Positions 38,330 through 50,542 are shown, counted from the stretch's first letter. The stretch: 64,000 bases of DNA from Anthoceros angustus (GCA_010909165.1 MU008182.1:124001-188000), one strand, 5' to 3'. Program-made: numbers and translations. The notes: generated by a model not told the origin, from the letters alone.

Positions 38330-39130
38330 TGAACCAAGCGGGTGGCCTCTGCGAGTGATTTCTCTATAGTACATGAGTGGTTCTCCTGCCATGTATGATG
38401 CCATCTTCAAAAAGGCCATCTTTGCGGTGAATTCATCCTTATACTTCAACTTCATTTCAGCGATGTTCCACCGGAATTTTTCTTCAAAATATGCCAGAGA
38501 CATGGTCCCATGCTTGCTGGTGAACACATCATTCTTGCTTGGCACAATCTCCTGCTCCATTCTGACTGTGTAACTGCGTTCTTCTAGCTGCAGAGTCCTG
38601 ATGGGACTGGCACTCTAGATGAACTCACCACTTTTCCAAAACAGAAGGCCAATGCTGTTCTCCTCCTCCTGATGATGCCTGCAGAATTGTTTGCTCGTTT
38701 ATCCACCAGACCTTAGAAATACCATTCCTCAGTCAGCCCGCCTTCTGTGCCTCACAACAATTGGAATGTTGTCAAATGGCTCTCCTGACTTGGCCCAACC
38801 AGCTAACCAAGCCAATACATCAATAGCTTCTACCCACTATCTTTCCCAGACCACTGCTGGTTCCAATCGCAGCAAATTAGCTAGCTCAGCAATCGTCAAC
38901 CTACCACAACCAAGCTGCGAGTAATCAATGGCAGAATTCCTGTCCATAAGAAAACATGAGCTTATCTTGTCATCAATGGACAGAACCCAACTTGGCTGTC
39001 TTGTAGCAGATTCTCAGACTCGCTCTTTGGCGATTTTTGCCGCTTCCTCCAACCTCTGGCTGCCATAGCCCTTCTTCAATACACCAACCTGTCTCAAAGC
39101 AACACAAGGGATTGTTGATATGGAAAACGT
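38330..39130 (-). mobile_element. Second copy of the gypsy-like upstream ORF plus gag start
   Basis: PSKNDVFTSKHGTMSLAYFEEKFRWNIAEMKLKYKDEF...YMAGEPLMYY. The upstream frame LRLEPAVVWER*WVEAIDVLAWLAGW matches 27.9-28.0 kb. Confidence 0.65.
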
Positions 39131-40109
39131 GACACAAATCTATGACTTATGTCCGGCAATGCAATCCCACAGAGTTGCAAAGAAGACAAAGATCAGTGTA
39201 GGGACGAAGTACGACTGCCCCTTTACAAGACAAACATCAACAATCCACTTAGTTTGGAGTGCTGCTCTACATATATAGCCCCTGGCTCCTGCCATCTTCC
39301 ACTGGTGCGTGCATCTTCTTCCCGATGAACAATGGGAATATTGGTGTGTGCCTAGGTAAGGTAGCCATAAAGTCCTTGGCCTTTGGCAATAATGCCTATT
39401 TAGAAATAATCCCTTATTTCCTTGGCCCTTGGCCCCAGAGTCCCTTTTATATGTATTTTTGATGTTTAAGAGTTTATAAATAGATGAACTGCGCCTATAT
39501 GTGCTTATGTCATCAGTCCTCACATACGTCAAAGAGAGACACATGGTTCATACATGTCACAATACATACCCTCTCTACTCACACACATACCATCCACATA
39601 CATGCACACATACATGCATTCCATGCCCGCATGGGCTCATGTCTTGCTAGTGTTTACATGGCATAACATAGCTCCTAGGGTAGATCAATGTCATCGTACG
39701 CCATGTGCTGGTTAGCATGTGTTACGGTGTGATTTAAGCACCACATGTCACGGTGCACTTGGCTGCGCTGTAGGAGTGTTGGTTACTCATATCATAATAT
39801 TCACATAATCAAAATCAATAGATCGTACATACGACTCGACATGATTCATGTGCCAAAGAAATACGTACATGTACTGAATGCCACGTAAGGCCACGCAGGC
39901 CCTGCGCAATCAAGAACACCTGCTTAGGGGACGCCAACAACGCCATGGCAGTCTACAGAGACGGGGGAGCGCACCGGCACCCAATCCACATCATCCAAAA
40001 GGCAACACCCTGTCCTTTGGGACGTTCCCTGCGACGACGTACAGTGGCCGAAGGGCAAACCTCCTAATGTCATCAGACCTCAATCGACCCCCTCAGTCCA
40101 CAGGCGTCC

Positions 40110-43100
40110 TTAACTCAAAGAGAAGTTGCTTAGAAGCTTCATCGGCTTCAAGTCTTCAGGTGTTCGCGTGGGATGCGCAAGAAGATTATATGCTCTTTGT
40201 TGCTCTCCACTAAGATCCTCCCCATCACTAAACTCAGTCTCGAGGATGTCCTTGTCTACCTCAAGAAACTCCTCATCATCAGCGGCAGGTCTATTCAAGT
40301 CCAGCTCTGCAAAGTCCCACGTAGCTATCAGAACGTGATTCAGAAGGAAAACCTGATATCCAGAGCAAGCCAAGACTATGTCGTGATAACCTGCCTAAAA
40401 GGGATAAGTTTTACACAAGATAGGCCTCAAAAGATCTGAAAAAATCAGAAGAGGTACATGTTACCAGTGTGACTCTAAAGGGCTCAGGCTACACCGGCAC
40501 AGCATGACCGGGCTGATATGAACGCACATCCCCCAACACAAAGTAGCCGTTCAATCCGATTAAGACAACATCGGAAATAGCCTCTACTTGCAATCAAATC
40601 TTAGTAACGTCAGAAAGACTATCTGCTTGCAATCAAGTCTCATGTACTGAAATTGACAACTGCATTCCATAAATTGAAGTGCGTGAGACAAGGACACACA
40701 CAGCAAAACATAACTTAATCCCACTCACCAATAAAATCATCCCGACTAAGAGAGGAATGCACTAGAACTGATATACCCAGCAGCAGCAAACAGCTTTAAC
40801 TAGACCGCAGTTGACAGATCTTAAAATAGACCTACCGTCAGGTGAGGTGACGCTCCCCATAGCACCCACGGATGCTACATCACAAATATCTACGGTACTA
40901 CATCCAGCATCTTTTCTTGGCTGATAGGATGGCCCTTCCCCTGCCAACTCCATCCGACAGTGGTGTCTGAGCAAGACACCTGCACTTGACAGCTACATCC
41001 GTTACTAAAGTTCCATACTAGGACAGAAGTGGGCCGTAAATGGTCCCCTTGCAGTATCTCTACCCACAGTGCACCTCCTTCAGAAATGAACCTATGCTCT
41101 TCAAAAGGAGACTGGCCACTACCTGCAGGTTCAACACTTTGGAGTTTCTTGTTCCTGATCCCGCAGGCTCCACTGTTGCAGGTTCCTTGTCCAGAAGCAT
41201 ACTGTTCTCTTACCTCACATCCTATTACAACAGCATAGAAAAAAGTGTCATGCAGCATAGGCAAAGAATTTTCTAAAAGCAGGCGAGAGAGCAGACAGAA
41301 GAACTATGGGCTGGACACTTGATCCAAAGAGAAGCAGCAAGTTAACCTTGCGACATCTATCAAACTACTTGTATCCTTACCTCCCTCAAGTGACCATGGA
41401 GCTGCAGCTAGTAACCAAGAAGGTAGCTGGCTCAATGCACGCGTCTTTGCTATTGAGGGCTTCTCCTCCTGGCTTGACACAAAGTCTGCTGGCTTTAAAG
41501 GGTGACAGATCTCAGACACACCGCATGCCCTAGGCACATCTACTAGACCAAGAGTTGAATTACATCTTGGCAACCTAGACACCACTAGATCCCTTCCACC
41601 ACTTTCTTCATCATCCTCTTCAATAACTAGAACCGTTTCTGCCTCCTTACCAGGCACCATCTTTCCAATTCTTTGAGCAGCAATTAATTGGTCACCAGAA
41701 GCAGTAGCAAGATTCTCACTTGTGCATCCAGCACCTGCATGTGTCAGTTGCATTGCTGCAGATGAAAAGCTGGTTCCTGAACTACTGCGGGACTTAGAAG
41801 ACCTTTCCTTCTGCATAATATCTGCCCCTCCATCTTTGGATATTTCAGCCGTGTATGGCATGTCATGCTGCAAAATTCCATGTTGACAGCTTGCTTCTTG
41901 CAAGGTTGGCCACAAGTCTGTCCTCAATACCGATTTGGAATTCCTATCCAGAATAGGTGCGAGAGCAGTTTGTTTCCCTCCAACTTGAAAACCACGTTGA
42001 GACATGCTCTCCATCGACCTGGCTGCATCTTCAAGTTCCTCATGGGGTCCTCCAACACTCCCCACTTCACTGAGGCCACAATCAACCACGATGACAGAGT
42101 AGTCATGGCAGGAAACATGACTACGAGCTGGCAGACAAGAGGATGTGGTTATACCTGTCCCTGAACTTCCGTGCTCTCTTAGTCAACCTCTCAGAGGGTG
42201 CCGGCAAGCATTCAATCTTCCGGCGAGTTGGCTTCAGCGGCCTCATGTTGGACGACATGAACAAGTAAACCAGGGAATCCACCTGCACACTCCGGAACAA
42301 CAGGCAAGAATCATACCCATTATTTCCTTCTCACTTGATGAAATGCCTCTCCACTACTTCGAGCAGGAATGAACAAAGATTTGACTAGGATATAACAATG
42401 CAAACAGAACTGAGATAGTGTAGGATGTCAGCTCAATGTTTGACAATGATCCAACTCAACGTTCGGGCAATGAGATAGCGACTTCAGAAGCAGTAAAGTT
42501 GCCGAACCTGAGCTTGGTTCAGATCGAACTTGAACTTGTTGCAAACAAAGTTATCTTCCATAGCCTTCCGGAACACGCTTATATGCAAATTTGGGCACTT
42601 TTCCCACATCGTCCACCTCACCTGCCATCGGACGGCAGTAGGAATTCAGATCCTGCTGCTTTCAGTTCTACAACCTGCGTGGGAAGGGTGAAGTCAGACC
42701 TGTGCAAGGAGGTCCTTGGAGTCAACAACCAAGGTGTTGGGCCTCAGTCTGCCGTATGATGTGGCCTCATAGACCCCATACAACTCCTTAGTATGGTAAT
42801 TGAATAAGAAAAGCTTGGTTCCAGGAACCACACGGAGCACAAGGTTTTGTCTTGCAACAGGCTGTCCGAATATCTTAAGGTCCATAAACTTCCTCACGCT
42901 ATTGCGAGTGCATCCAACAATCATTCCAGCCAAGGGAGACCTGCTGCCAGCTCGAAGCTCGTCCTCGCCCCCCGTGGGAGAGGATGATAGCCTTTCAAAT
43001 ACGGAGAGAGGGCGGGATAATCTACGAAAGACAGACTTTCTTTCCCTCGATGCCGGGTCGTTCCTGACTGAAACCTGGATGTCACTACCCTGACTTGCAT

Positions 43101-43455
43101 GGCGCACTTTGCGAGGGGCCCTTGACTCTTCATCCTCAACGTACAAAGGCACAGACCAGGTGTCATCCGGGATGGCCTTCACAGCTCTACCACACCACTT
43201 CCGCTCCAGCCGTGAGCTGCTGTCAGCAGGGTTTGTGATCAGCTCCACTTCTCGAGTCTTGGCCTTAAAGGAAATTCCATTCTCGCTACAGGACCTCTCC
43301 TGAAGTAAAGCATCGACAGTAGCGTGCTCTGCAGCCGGCGACATGGCATCATGCCCGAGCCCAAATTTGATGAAAACGTTCAGCAGCGGTGCCTGCCTCG
43401 ATCTCAAACCCTGCAATTTCTCGTGTGGTGCAGAATGGTACATAGTCTGCTCCAA
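40110..43455 (-). CDS. DCD (development and cell death) domain protein, multi-exon; exact 5' end uncertain
   Basis: GMIVGC...FGQP...VVPGTKLFLFNYHTKELYGVYEATSYG...LAQ| (to 42700), exon 42621-42508 VRWTMWEKCPNL...FRKAMEDNF...KFKFDLNQAQ, exon from 42282 VDSLVYLF. Long disordered exon 41304-42089. Last exon contains ELDLNRP. Confidence 0.8.
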
Positions 43456-43709
43456 ACCAAAGCTTACATTGCTTTAAGACTAGTGTCGGCAAATCGAAGC
43501 GAGCTGCACAGGATAGACGTGATGAAAGCTCAGGCATCAAGAAAATAATTTCGCTCAGGCTACCGAGGGGAACTAAGTTCGGCTACATTCGTGCCCGCCC
43601 CAGATGTATCTAACTCTACAGGCTCTAAAGGTATGGGACATAATTTGGTGGTTCATTAATTATTCGTTCAACCAAATTTGTCCAGAGCACATTCTCTGTC
43701 AGCTCTTCA

Positions 43710-46330
43710 TTGGCGTTGAAGGAGGCGGCTGGTCCAGGGAACCCCCGCGACAGGGCTCGCCTGCTCGTCACCCGCGCTCGCTGCTCGTCTTACAGGTGGG
43801 ATACGTATTATACGTGTTGTGGAGATGTGGGGCGAGATTCTGTCACACTTACGACGGCACAAGTTGGTGCAAGCGAGATCGGCACTGTTATCGAGCGGGA
43901 TGGTCATGCCAGGACGAGATGTGTGGGTACGCGGACAGATTTTCCAGCGATGGTCGTTGCCAGGAGCATTTGTGGCAACATTTTTTTCTGGACCCCACCT
44001 TGTGGTGGGACAACAGACGAGATGACAAGAGCTTCAGTTCGCCTAACTTCTTGTGTAAGGGGTCCGGCGAGGTCCTGTGGTTGAACAGCATGTTTAAGCC
44101 AGCTTGGGTTGATGAGCAGCTCATTTTCTTGGATATTCTGGTGGATCATGGTGCCTCTCTTTCAAGTCGAGCTCTCCAGATGAGCCTGAAGCTGGCAGGC
44201 GTGGAGGATCGGAAATGGGCGTCGTGACAGATTCTGCCTTTTCTCAGTCTCTGTTTTGCGCCGTGCTAAAACCGTGTGCAGCGACGAAGGACTTCGTTGC
44301 GGGGCGACGAGTTCATGACCGCATTGTCAAACTTGGGTACGAGTCGAATGCATACTTGGGGAACCATATATTGCGCATGTATGCATGTGGAGGTAAGCAG
44401 CAGGAGGCCATGGATGTGTTCACCAGGGTAGGCAAACCTGATGCCTTCATGTGGTTTTTCATAACCTCTCCTTATGGTAAACATGGGAAACCCTAGGAGG
44501 CCATACAACTTTACCATGAGATGCGTAGGTCAGGGGTGAAGGCGGATGCTCATGTCTTTATATCTGCCTTTTAAGCTGTGCATTTGCTGCCGACTTGGAA
44601 TCTGGCAGAAAAGTGCACTGGGATGTGTTGCACAGTGGCATGCCTGTTTTACTTGTTTGTTGGCACCTGCCTGGTGGACATGTAAGCAAATTGTGGTGAA
44701 CTAGAAGATGCACAAAGGGTTTTTGACAGCTTGGCCACAAAAGCTGTGGTGACTTGGACGGCCCTGCTTGCTACTTGGACGGGTATGCAAATCATGGGTT
44801 CGGCCAAGAGGCACTTGTTCTGTATGGACAAATGGAGCAGGAGGGCCTGATTGTGGCTGATCTTGTGACTTGTGGTTGCCTTCTGAAGGCCTGTGCAAGC
44901 GCTGGTGCCATACAGAAGGGCACGCAGCTCTACCCACAGATTATGGAAGGGGACAGCTGCATGACACAGTGTTGGGCAACTGCCTGAAATTTCATTTTTA
45001 TGAAAAATATCATTTCTGGCCAACATGTATGCAAAATGTGGTGAACTCAAAGATGCACGCCAGGTTTTTGACAGCTTGGCCACAAAATGTGGTGACATGG
45101 ACGGCACTGATTGCCGGGTCTGCACAGCGAGGACCTGGCCAAGAGGCGCTTGTTCTGTATGAACAAATGGAGCAGGAGTGCCTCATTGTAGCTGACCATG
45201 TCACTTTTGCTTGCCTTCTCAAGGCCTGTACAGGATTTGAGCTAGGAGCTCATCTGTGGACCTAACAGGCTAAGCGCTGGTGCCTTGCAGTAGGGCGAGC
45301 AGCTGCACTCGCAGATTGTGGAAATATCGCTGCCAGATAACTGTTTACTGGTGGGCAACTGCATACAGTGCTGGACATGTATGAAAAATGTGGTGAACTG
45401 GGCAGTGGTTGCTGGGTTTTTGACAGCTTGTCCACACAGGATGTGGTGATAGGACGGCTGTGATTGCTGGGTATGCAAATCATGGGCTCAGCCAAGAGGC
45501 TATTGTTCTGTCTCGACATCTGGAGCAGGGCCCTGATTGTGGCTGACCATGTTACTTTAGCTTGACTCCTGAAGGCCTGTGCAAATGCTGTTGCCTTGCA
45601 GGGCAGGCAGCTGCACTCACAGATTGTAGAAAAGAGGACTGCTAGATAACGTCCTGGTGGGCAACTGTCCGGTGGGTATGTATGCAAAATGTGGTGAACC
45701 GGACGATGCTCGCCGTGCTTTTGACAGCTTGGCCACTGAGGAGCTGTTAGTTGCCGGTATCCAGCCTGATGGTGCTACTTTTACTTGCCTGCCAGTAGCC
45801 TGCAGTCATGAGGTACTTGTCCACGATGGTTGCAAGCACTTTGACTCCATAGCTGAACAGCATGGCATCAAACCTACTGTTGAGCATTACAGTTGCATGA
45901 TGATCGTCTTGAGGCGGGCTATCTAGATGAGGGAGAGAACATGCTCTTGTGATATGAGAGCCAAATCATTGTTGTGGGTTGACTTCTTTATTGAATGCCT
46001 GCAAGATCAGGGAGATATTGAGAGGGTGAGACGGTGTTTTCAAAGTCTCGTTAAACTGGAACCTCAGAGTGCGTCCGCATGTGTGCCCATGGCCAATGCC
46101 TACGCAGATGGAGGTAGGTGGACCGATGTGCAGAGGATTGAAACACAGAGAATGGTAGCAGGAGCTAACAGAAACCGGGCAGTGGCGACCATTGAGGAAA
46201 GGAGCAGCCACTGACTGAGAAGGAGAAGGAAGATGTGCTTTGTGGGCATTGCTGAGAAGTTAGCTCTGGCATTTGGTCTCTTCAACACTCCCAGTGGGAC
46301 CCCTCTGGTGGTGACGTAGAATCGATGCAA
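43710..46330 (+). pseudogene. PLS-class PPR protein with N-terminal PDF motif, E1/E2 and truncated DYW (DYW:KP-like); frameshifted
   Basis: P/L/S repeats (LKPCAATKDFVAGRRVHDRIVK, GYANHGFGQEALVLYGQM, VVTWTALIAG). ACSHEVLV...HGIKPTVEHYSCM, GRWTDVQRIETQRMVAGA..AVATIE, EKEKEDVLCGH.EKLALAFGLFNTPSGTPLVVT. Confidence 0.9.
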
Positions 46331-49300
46331 GTGCAGTTACTGTGCCAAATAGGACTCACATAAAGCTGCCCTTTGGCTGCTTTCTGGTGCCTTGTAGCTA
46401 GCTTGGCCTTGCCGTATTAAGACCCAGATCCTGCCGTGATCGCCCACCTTGAAGAGAGAAAGCTCAAACGACGCTGGAGTCTCGGGCCTAGAGGCAAGCA
46501 TAATGTCTCAAGTGGAAGTGACCTGCACTGGCCATTTATTAATCTAAATTGACTGCTACACTAATGACTTACAGTAAAATGGACAGCTAGCATAATGTTC
46601 TTTTACTAGACTAATTTAAGACCGCTTTCACCTGGCAATCACCTAGAACAAGCTTGACATTTAGAGCTGTGCAGATCAGGCCATTGTTCTTCATCAGGCC
46701 AAGTACATTAGGGAGACTCTTCGACGTTTCCATCTTGACCAGGCCAAGCCTGTCTCAACTCCCGGGGTTGCAGGCGTGAAACTTACTTCCGAACAGAGCC
46801 CTGTTACAAATGATGAACGAGCTGCCATCGCCATGCAATTGGTTGTCTCAACTATGTTGGCTGTTGGACCCACTCGGATATCCAATATGCTGTCAGCTCC
46901 ATCTCTCAATCCCTCGACAACCCTGGACAGGAGCACTGGCGTGTTGTTAAATGCATTCTGCGCTATTTGAAAGGTGTTCTGCATTATGGGCTATGCTACA
47001 AGGGGAGAGAAGAGACTACCACATGTGGTTTTGCAGACGCTCATTGGGCCGCTTGACGAAGAAGCATTTCCGCATACTGCTTCACTCTATCAAATGGAGC
47101 CATCAACTGGAGTTCGAAGGAACAAGTCTCTGATAACGGAGGCAGAATATATACAAGGCTTTAATGGATGCCGCTAAGGAAGCACTTTGGGAAAGCAGTT
47201 TCCTTCATGGTTTAGGTTTCACGCAACTTGTCCCTGGTCATTCATTGTGACAAGATGTCCACCATAGCCATGATTTGCTAACCTCGCTTCCATGCTCGTA
47301 CCAAATACATCGAGGTGAAACATCTTTATATCAGATATAGAAGCGGAAGAATGTCAAGATTGAGTACATCCACACGGTCGAACAACTGCTGATGTGCTGT
47401 AAACATCCACCTACTCACAAGCACACCTTGCACATGGAATCACCGGGGCTTAGTGCCTATCCCTCACTTCTGCAGTAAGGGTTCCCGCAGTGTCGTCTGT
47501 TGAGCTCCAGTCACCCTTCCTGCCCACACAACACACAGAGGATTCGGCCAGGGTGCCCTTTTGCAAGCAAGCTATAGTGGATGAAGCTCCAAGTCTAACC
47601 TAATCCCATTACATTGCAGCTCAACGATGGACCTGTTTTCATGTTTACGTGGCGGCAACATGGCCAGGCTCCTCCGAGCACAGCCTCCACTGCCTCTGCT
47701 CGACTGGATATGTCCCTCGCAGATATGGATAGTTCTTTGGCGTTGAGGCTAGCGTTCGTGCGTTCTACATTGTGTCTCTCGCTCCTCCGTCCATCTGGTG
47801 GAGGTAGGTGGACCGATGTGCAGAGGATTGAAACACAGAGAATGGTAGCAGGAGCTAACAGAAACCGGGCAGTGGCGACCATTGAGGAAAGGAGCAGCCA
47901 CTGACTGAGAAGGAGAAGGAAGATGTGCTTTGTGGGCATTGCTGAGAAGTTAGCTCTGGCATTTGGTCTCTTCAACACTCCCAGTGGGACCCCTCTGGTG
48001 GTGACGTAGAATCGATGCAAGTGCAGTTACTGTGCCAAATAGGACTCACATAAAGCTGCCCTTTGGCTGCTTTCTGGTGCCTTGTAGCTAGCTTGGCCTT
48101 GCCGTATTAAGACCCAGATCCTGCCGTGATCGCCCACCTTGAAGAGAAAGCTCAAACGACGCTGGAGTCTCAGGCCTAGAGGCAAGCATAATGTCTCAAG
48201 TGGAAGTGACCTGCACTGGCCATTTATTAATCTAAATTGACTGCTACACTAATGACTTACAGTAAAATGGACAGCTAGCATAATGTTCTTTTACTAGACT
48301 AATTTAAGACCGCTTTCACCTGGCAATCACCTAGAACAAGCTTGACATTTAGAGCTGTGCAGATCAGGCCATTGTTCTTCATCAGGCCAAGTACATTAGG
48401 GAGACTCTTCGACGTTTCCATCTTGACCAGGCCAAGCCTGTCTCAACTCCCGGGGTTGCAGGCGTGAAACTTACTTCCGAACAGAGCCCTGTTACAAATG
48501 ATGAACGAGCTGCCATCGCCATGCAATTGGTTGTCTCAACTATGTTGGCTGTTGGACCCACTCGGATATCCAATATGCTGTCAGCTCCATCTCTCAATCC
48601 CTCGACAACCCTGGACAGGAGCACTGGCGTGTTGTTAAATGCATTCTGCGCTATTTGAAAGGTGTTCTGCATTATGGGCTATGCTACAAGGGGAGAGAAG
48701 AGACTACCACATGTGGTTTTGCAGACGCTCATTGGGCCACTGACCCTGACACACGAAGAAGCATTTCCGCATACTGCTTCACTCTGTCAAATGGAGCCAT
48801 CAACTGGAGTTCGAAGGAACAAGTCTCTGTTAACGGAGGCAGAATATATACAAGGCTTTAATGGATGCCGCTAAGGAAGCACTTTGGGAAAGCAGTTTCC
48901 TTCATGGTTTAGGTTTCACGCAACTTGTCCCTACAGTCATTCATTGTGACAAGATGTCCACCATAGCCATGACTGCTAACCCTCGCTTCCATGCTCGTAC
49001 CAAATACATCGAGGTGAAACATCTTTATATCAGGCAGTATAGAGCAGAAGAATGTCAAGATTGAGTACATCCACACAGATCAGAACACTGCTGATGTGCT
49101 CGCCAAACATCCACCTACTCACAAGCACACCTTGCACATGGAATCACTGGGGCTTAGTGCCTATCCCTCACTTCTGCAGTAAGGGTTCCCGCAGTGTCGT
49201 CTGTTGAGCTCCAGTCACCCTTCCTGCCCACACAACACACAGAGGATTCGGCCAGGGTGCCCTTTTGCAAGCAAGCTATAGTGGATGAAGCTCCAAGTCT

Positions 49301-49540
49301 AACCTAATCCCATTACATTGCAGCTCAACGATGGACCTGTTTTCATGTTTCTGGCGGCAGCGGCGACATGGCGGCGTAATTGAGCTCCTCCACGAGCACA
49401 GCCTCCCTGGGCCTCTGCTCCGACTCTGCGGATATGTCCCTCGCAGATATGGATAGTTGCTGAGGCGCGTTGAGGCTAGCGTTCGTGGGCCGTTGCCCTT
49501 CTGTTGTGTCTCCTCTGCTCCTCCGTCCATGCTGGTACAG
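46110..49540. repeat. Tandem duplication with 1688-bp period (PPR 3' end, copia RT/RH and 3' internal region)
   Basis: Identical ORF at 46694 and 48382. The junction at ~47797 uses the shared ggaggtag. Confidence 0.95.
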
Positions 49541-49660
49541 GAGGTAGATGGCGATCGTGAAGGCGCAGAGAGCCAAGCATTGAACCAGCGATCCCGCCAT
49601 CGCACTTTTGCATGCTGCTCATTCTGCTTACTAACAGCGTGTTATGCTTACGGGGGAGTG
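46640..49660 (+). mobile_element. Two copies of a copia RT C-terminus/RNase H fragment, followed by PPT (gggggag, 49652-49658) and a probable LTR start at 49659
   Basis: QAKYIRETLRRFHLDQAKPVSTP, LKGVLHYGLCY, GFADAHWATDPDTRRSISAY, RFHARTKYIEVKH. Confidence 0.85.
49343..49600 (-). CDS. Small ORF (85 aa) with a signal-peptide/TM-like N-terminus, antisense in the retroelement 3' region
   Basis: MAGSLVQCLALCAFTIAIYLLYQH... The twin copy at ~47640-47790 is degraded. Confidence 0.3.
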   Translation of the reverse strand: MAGSLVQCLALCAFTIAIYLLYQHGRRSRGDTTEGQRPTNASLNAPQQLSISARDISAESEQRPREAVLVEELNYAAMSPLPPET

Positions 49661-50111
49661 TTTGAAGGCCAATTAGTTATGTTAAGCATACCAGCAGTTA
49701 GTGATTAGTTATTGATTAATATTTGGTAACATGAACAGTCATGACCCAAATTTAACTTTGTATAAGACATACATTCTTCATTTTATTAATCACTTGTTCT
49801 AAGACAATTTGTTGTCGCTAGAGTGCTCCGACTTCTCACAAGACTATGACAACAATTCACACAAGTGCAAGCAAGATAATATCAGGGTGAAGAATATTAC
49901 CAGATTTGAATGCAATAATTGATTTGTAGGTGTTCCCAACAAAAGCATTTGCCTGTGCAAGGTGTGGAGACCTTAGTACTAACCATTGTATGTTGTTGTG
50001 TGATAGGTGCAAAGACGGTTGGCATATTTTTTGCCTAGAACCTCAATTGGATGCAGTGCTTGATAGGCAATGGTTTTGTCCAATGTGTATTATAATTTAA
50101 TATGTAATGAA

Positions 50112-50338
50112 AGAATTTGAAGGCGGACGTAATGTTAGTCTGGAGAATTTTGTTAATCTGTCTTTTCAACGAAAGTTGGTAAGATAAAGTGAGAGAATTT
50201 GAAGGTGAATGTAATGTTGTGGAGAATTTTGTTAATTTCTCTTTTCAACGAAAATTTGTAAGATAAAATGAGACAATTTGAAGGTGAATATAATGTTGTG
50301 TGGAGAATTTTGTTAATCTGCTTTGTCAACCAAAGTTA
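50112..50338. repeat. ~80-bp tandem repeat, ~2.8 copies
   Basis: a(g/c)aatttgaagg at 50112, 50194 and 50273. Confidence 0.9.
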
Positions 50339-50504
50339 AGCAGCGATTAAGGGGAGGGGAGAGAGGGGAGGGGGAAGGAGAAGTGACCCAAGAGTATATA
50401 GAATGTTTTGCACTCATCTTGAGGGAAAAAGCTAACAAAATTTGGGTCCTTCGTTCAAAGTATATTGTGAGCCAATATTAATAGGTGGCTTCCTCACTAG
50501 AAAT

Positions 50505-50508
<4 letters not shown>

Positions 50509-50542
<34 letters not shown>

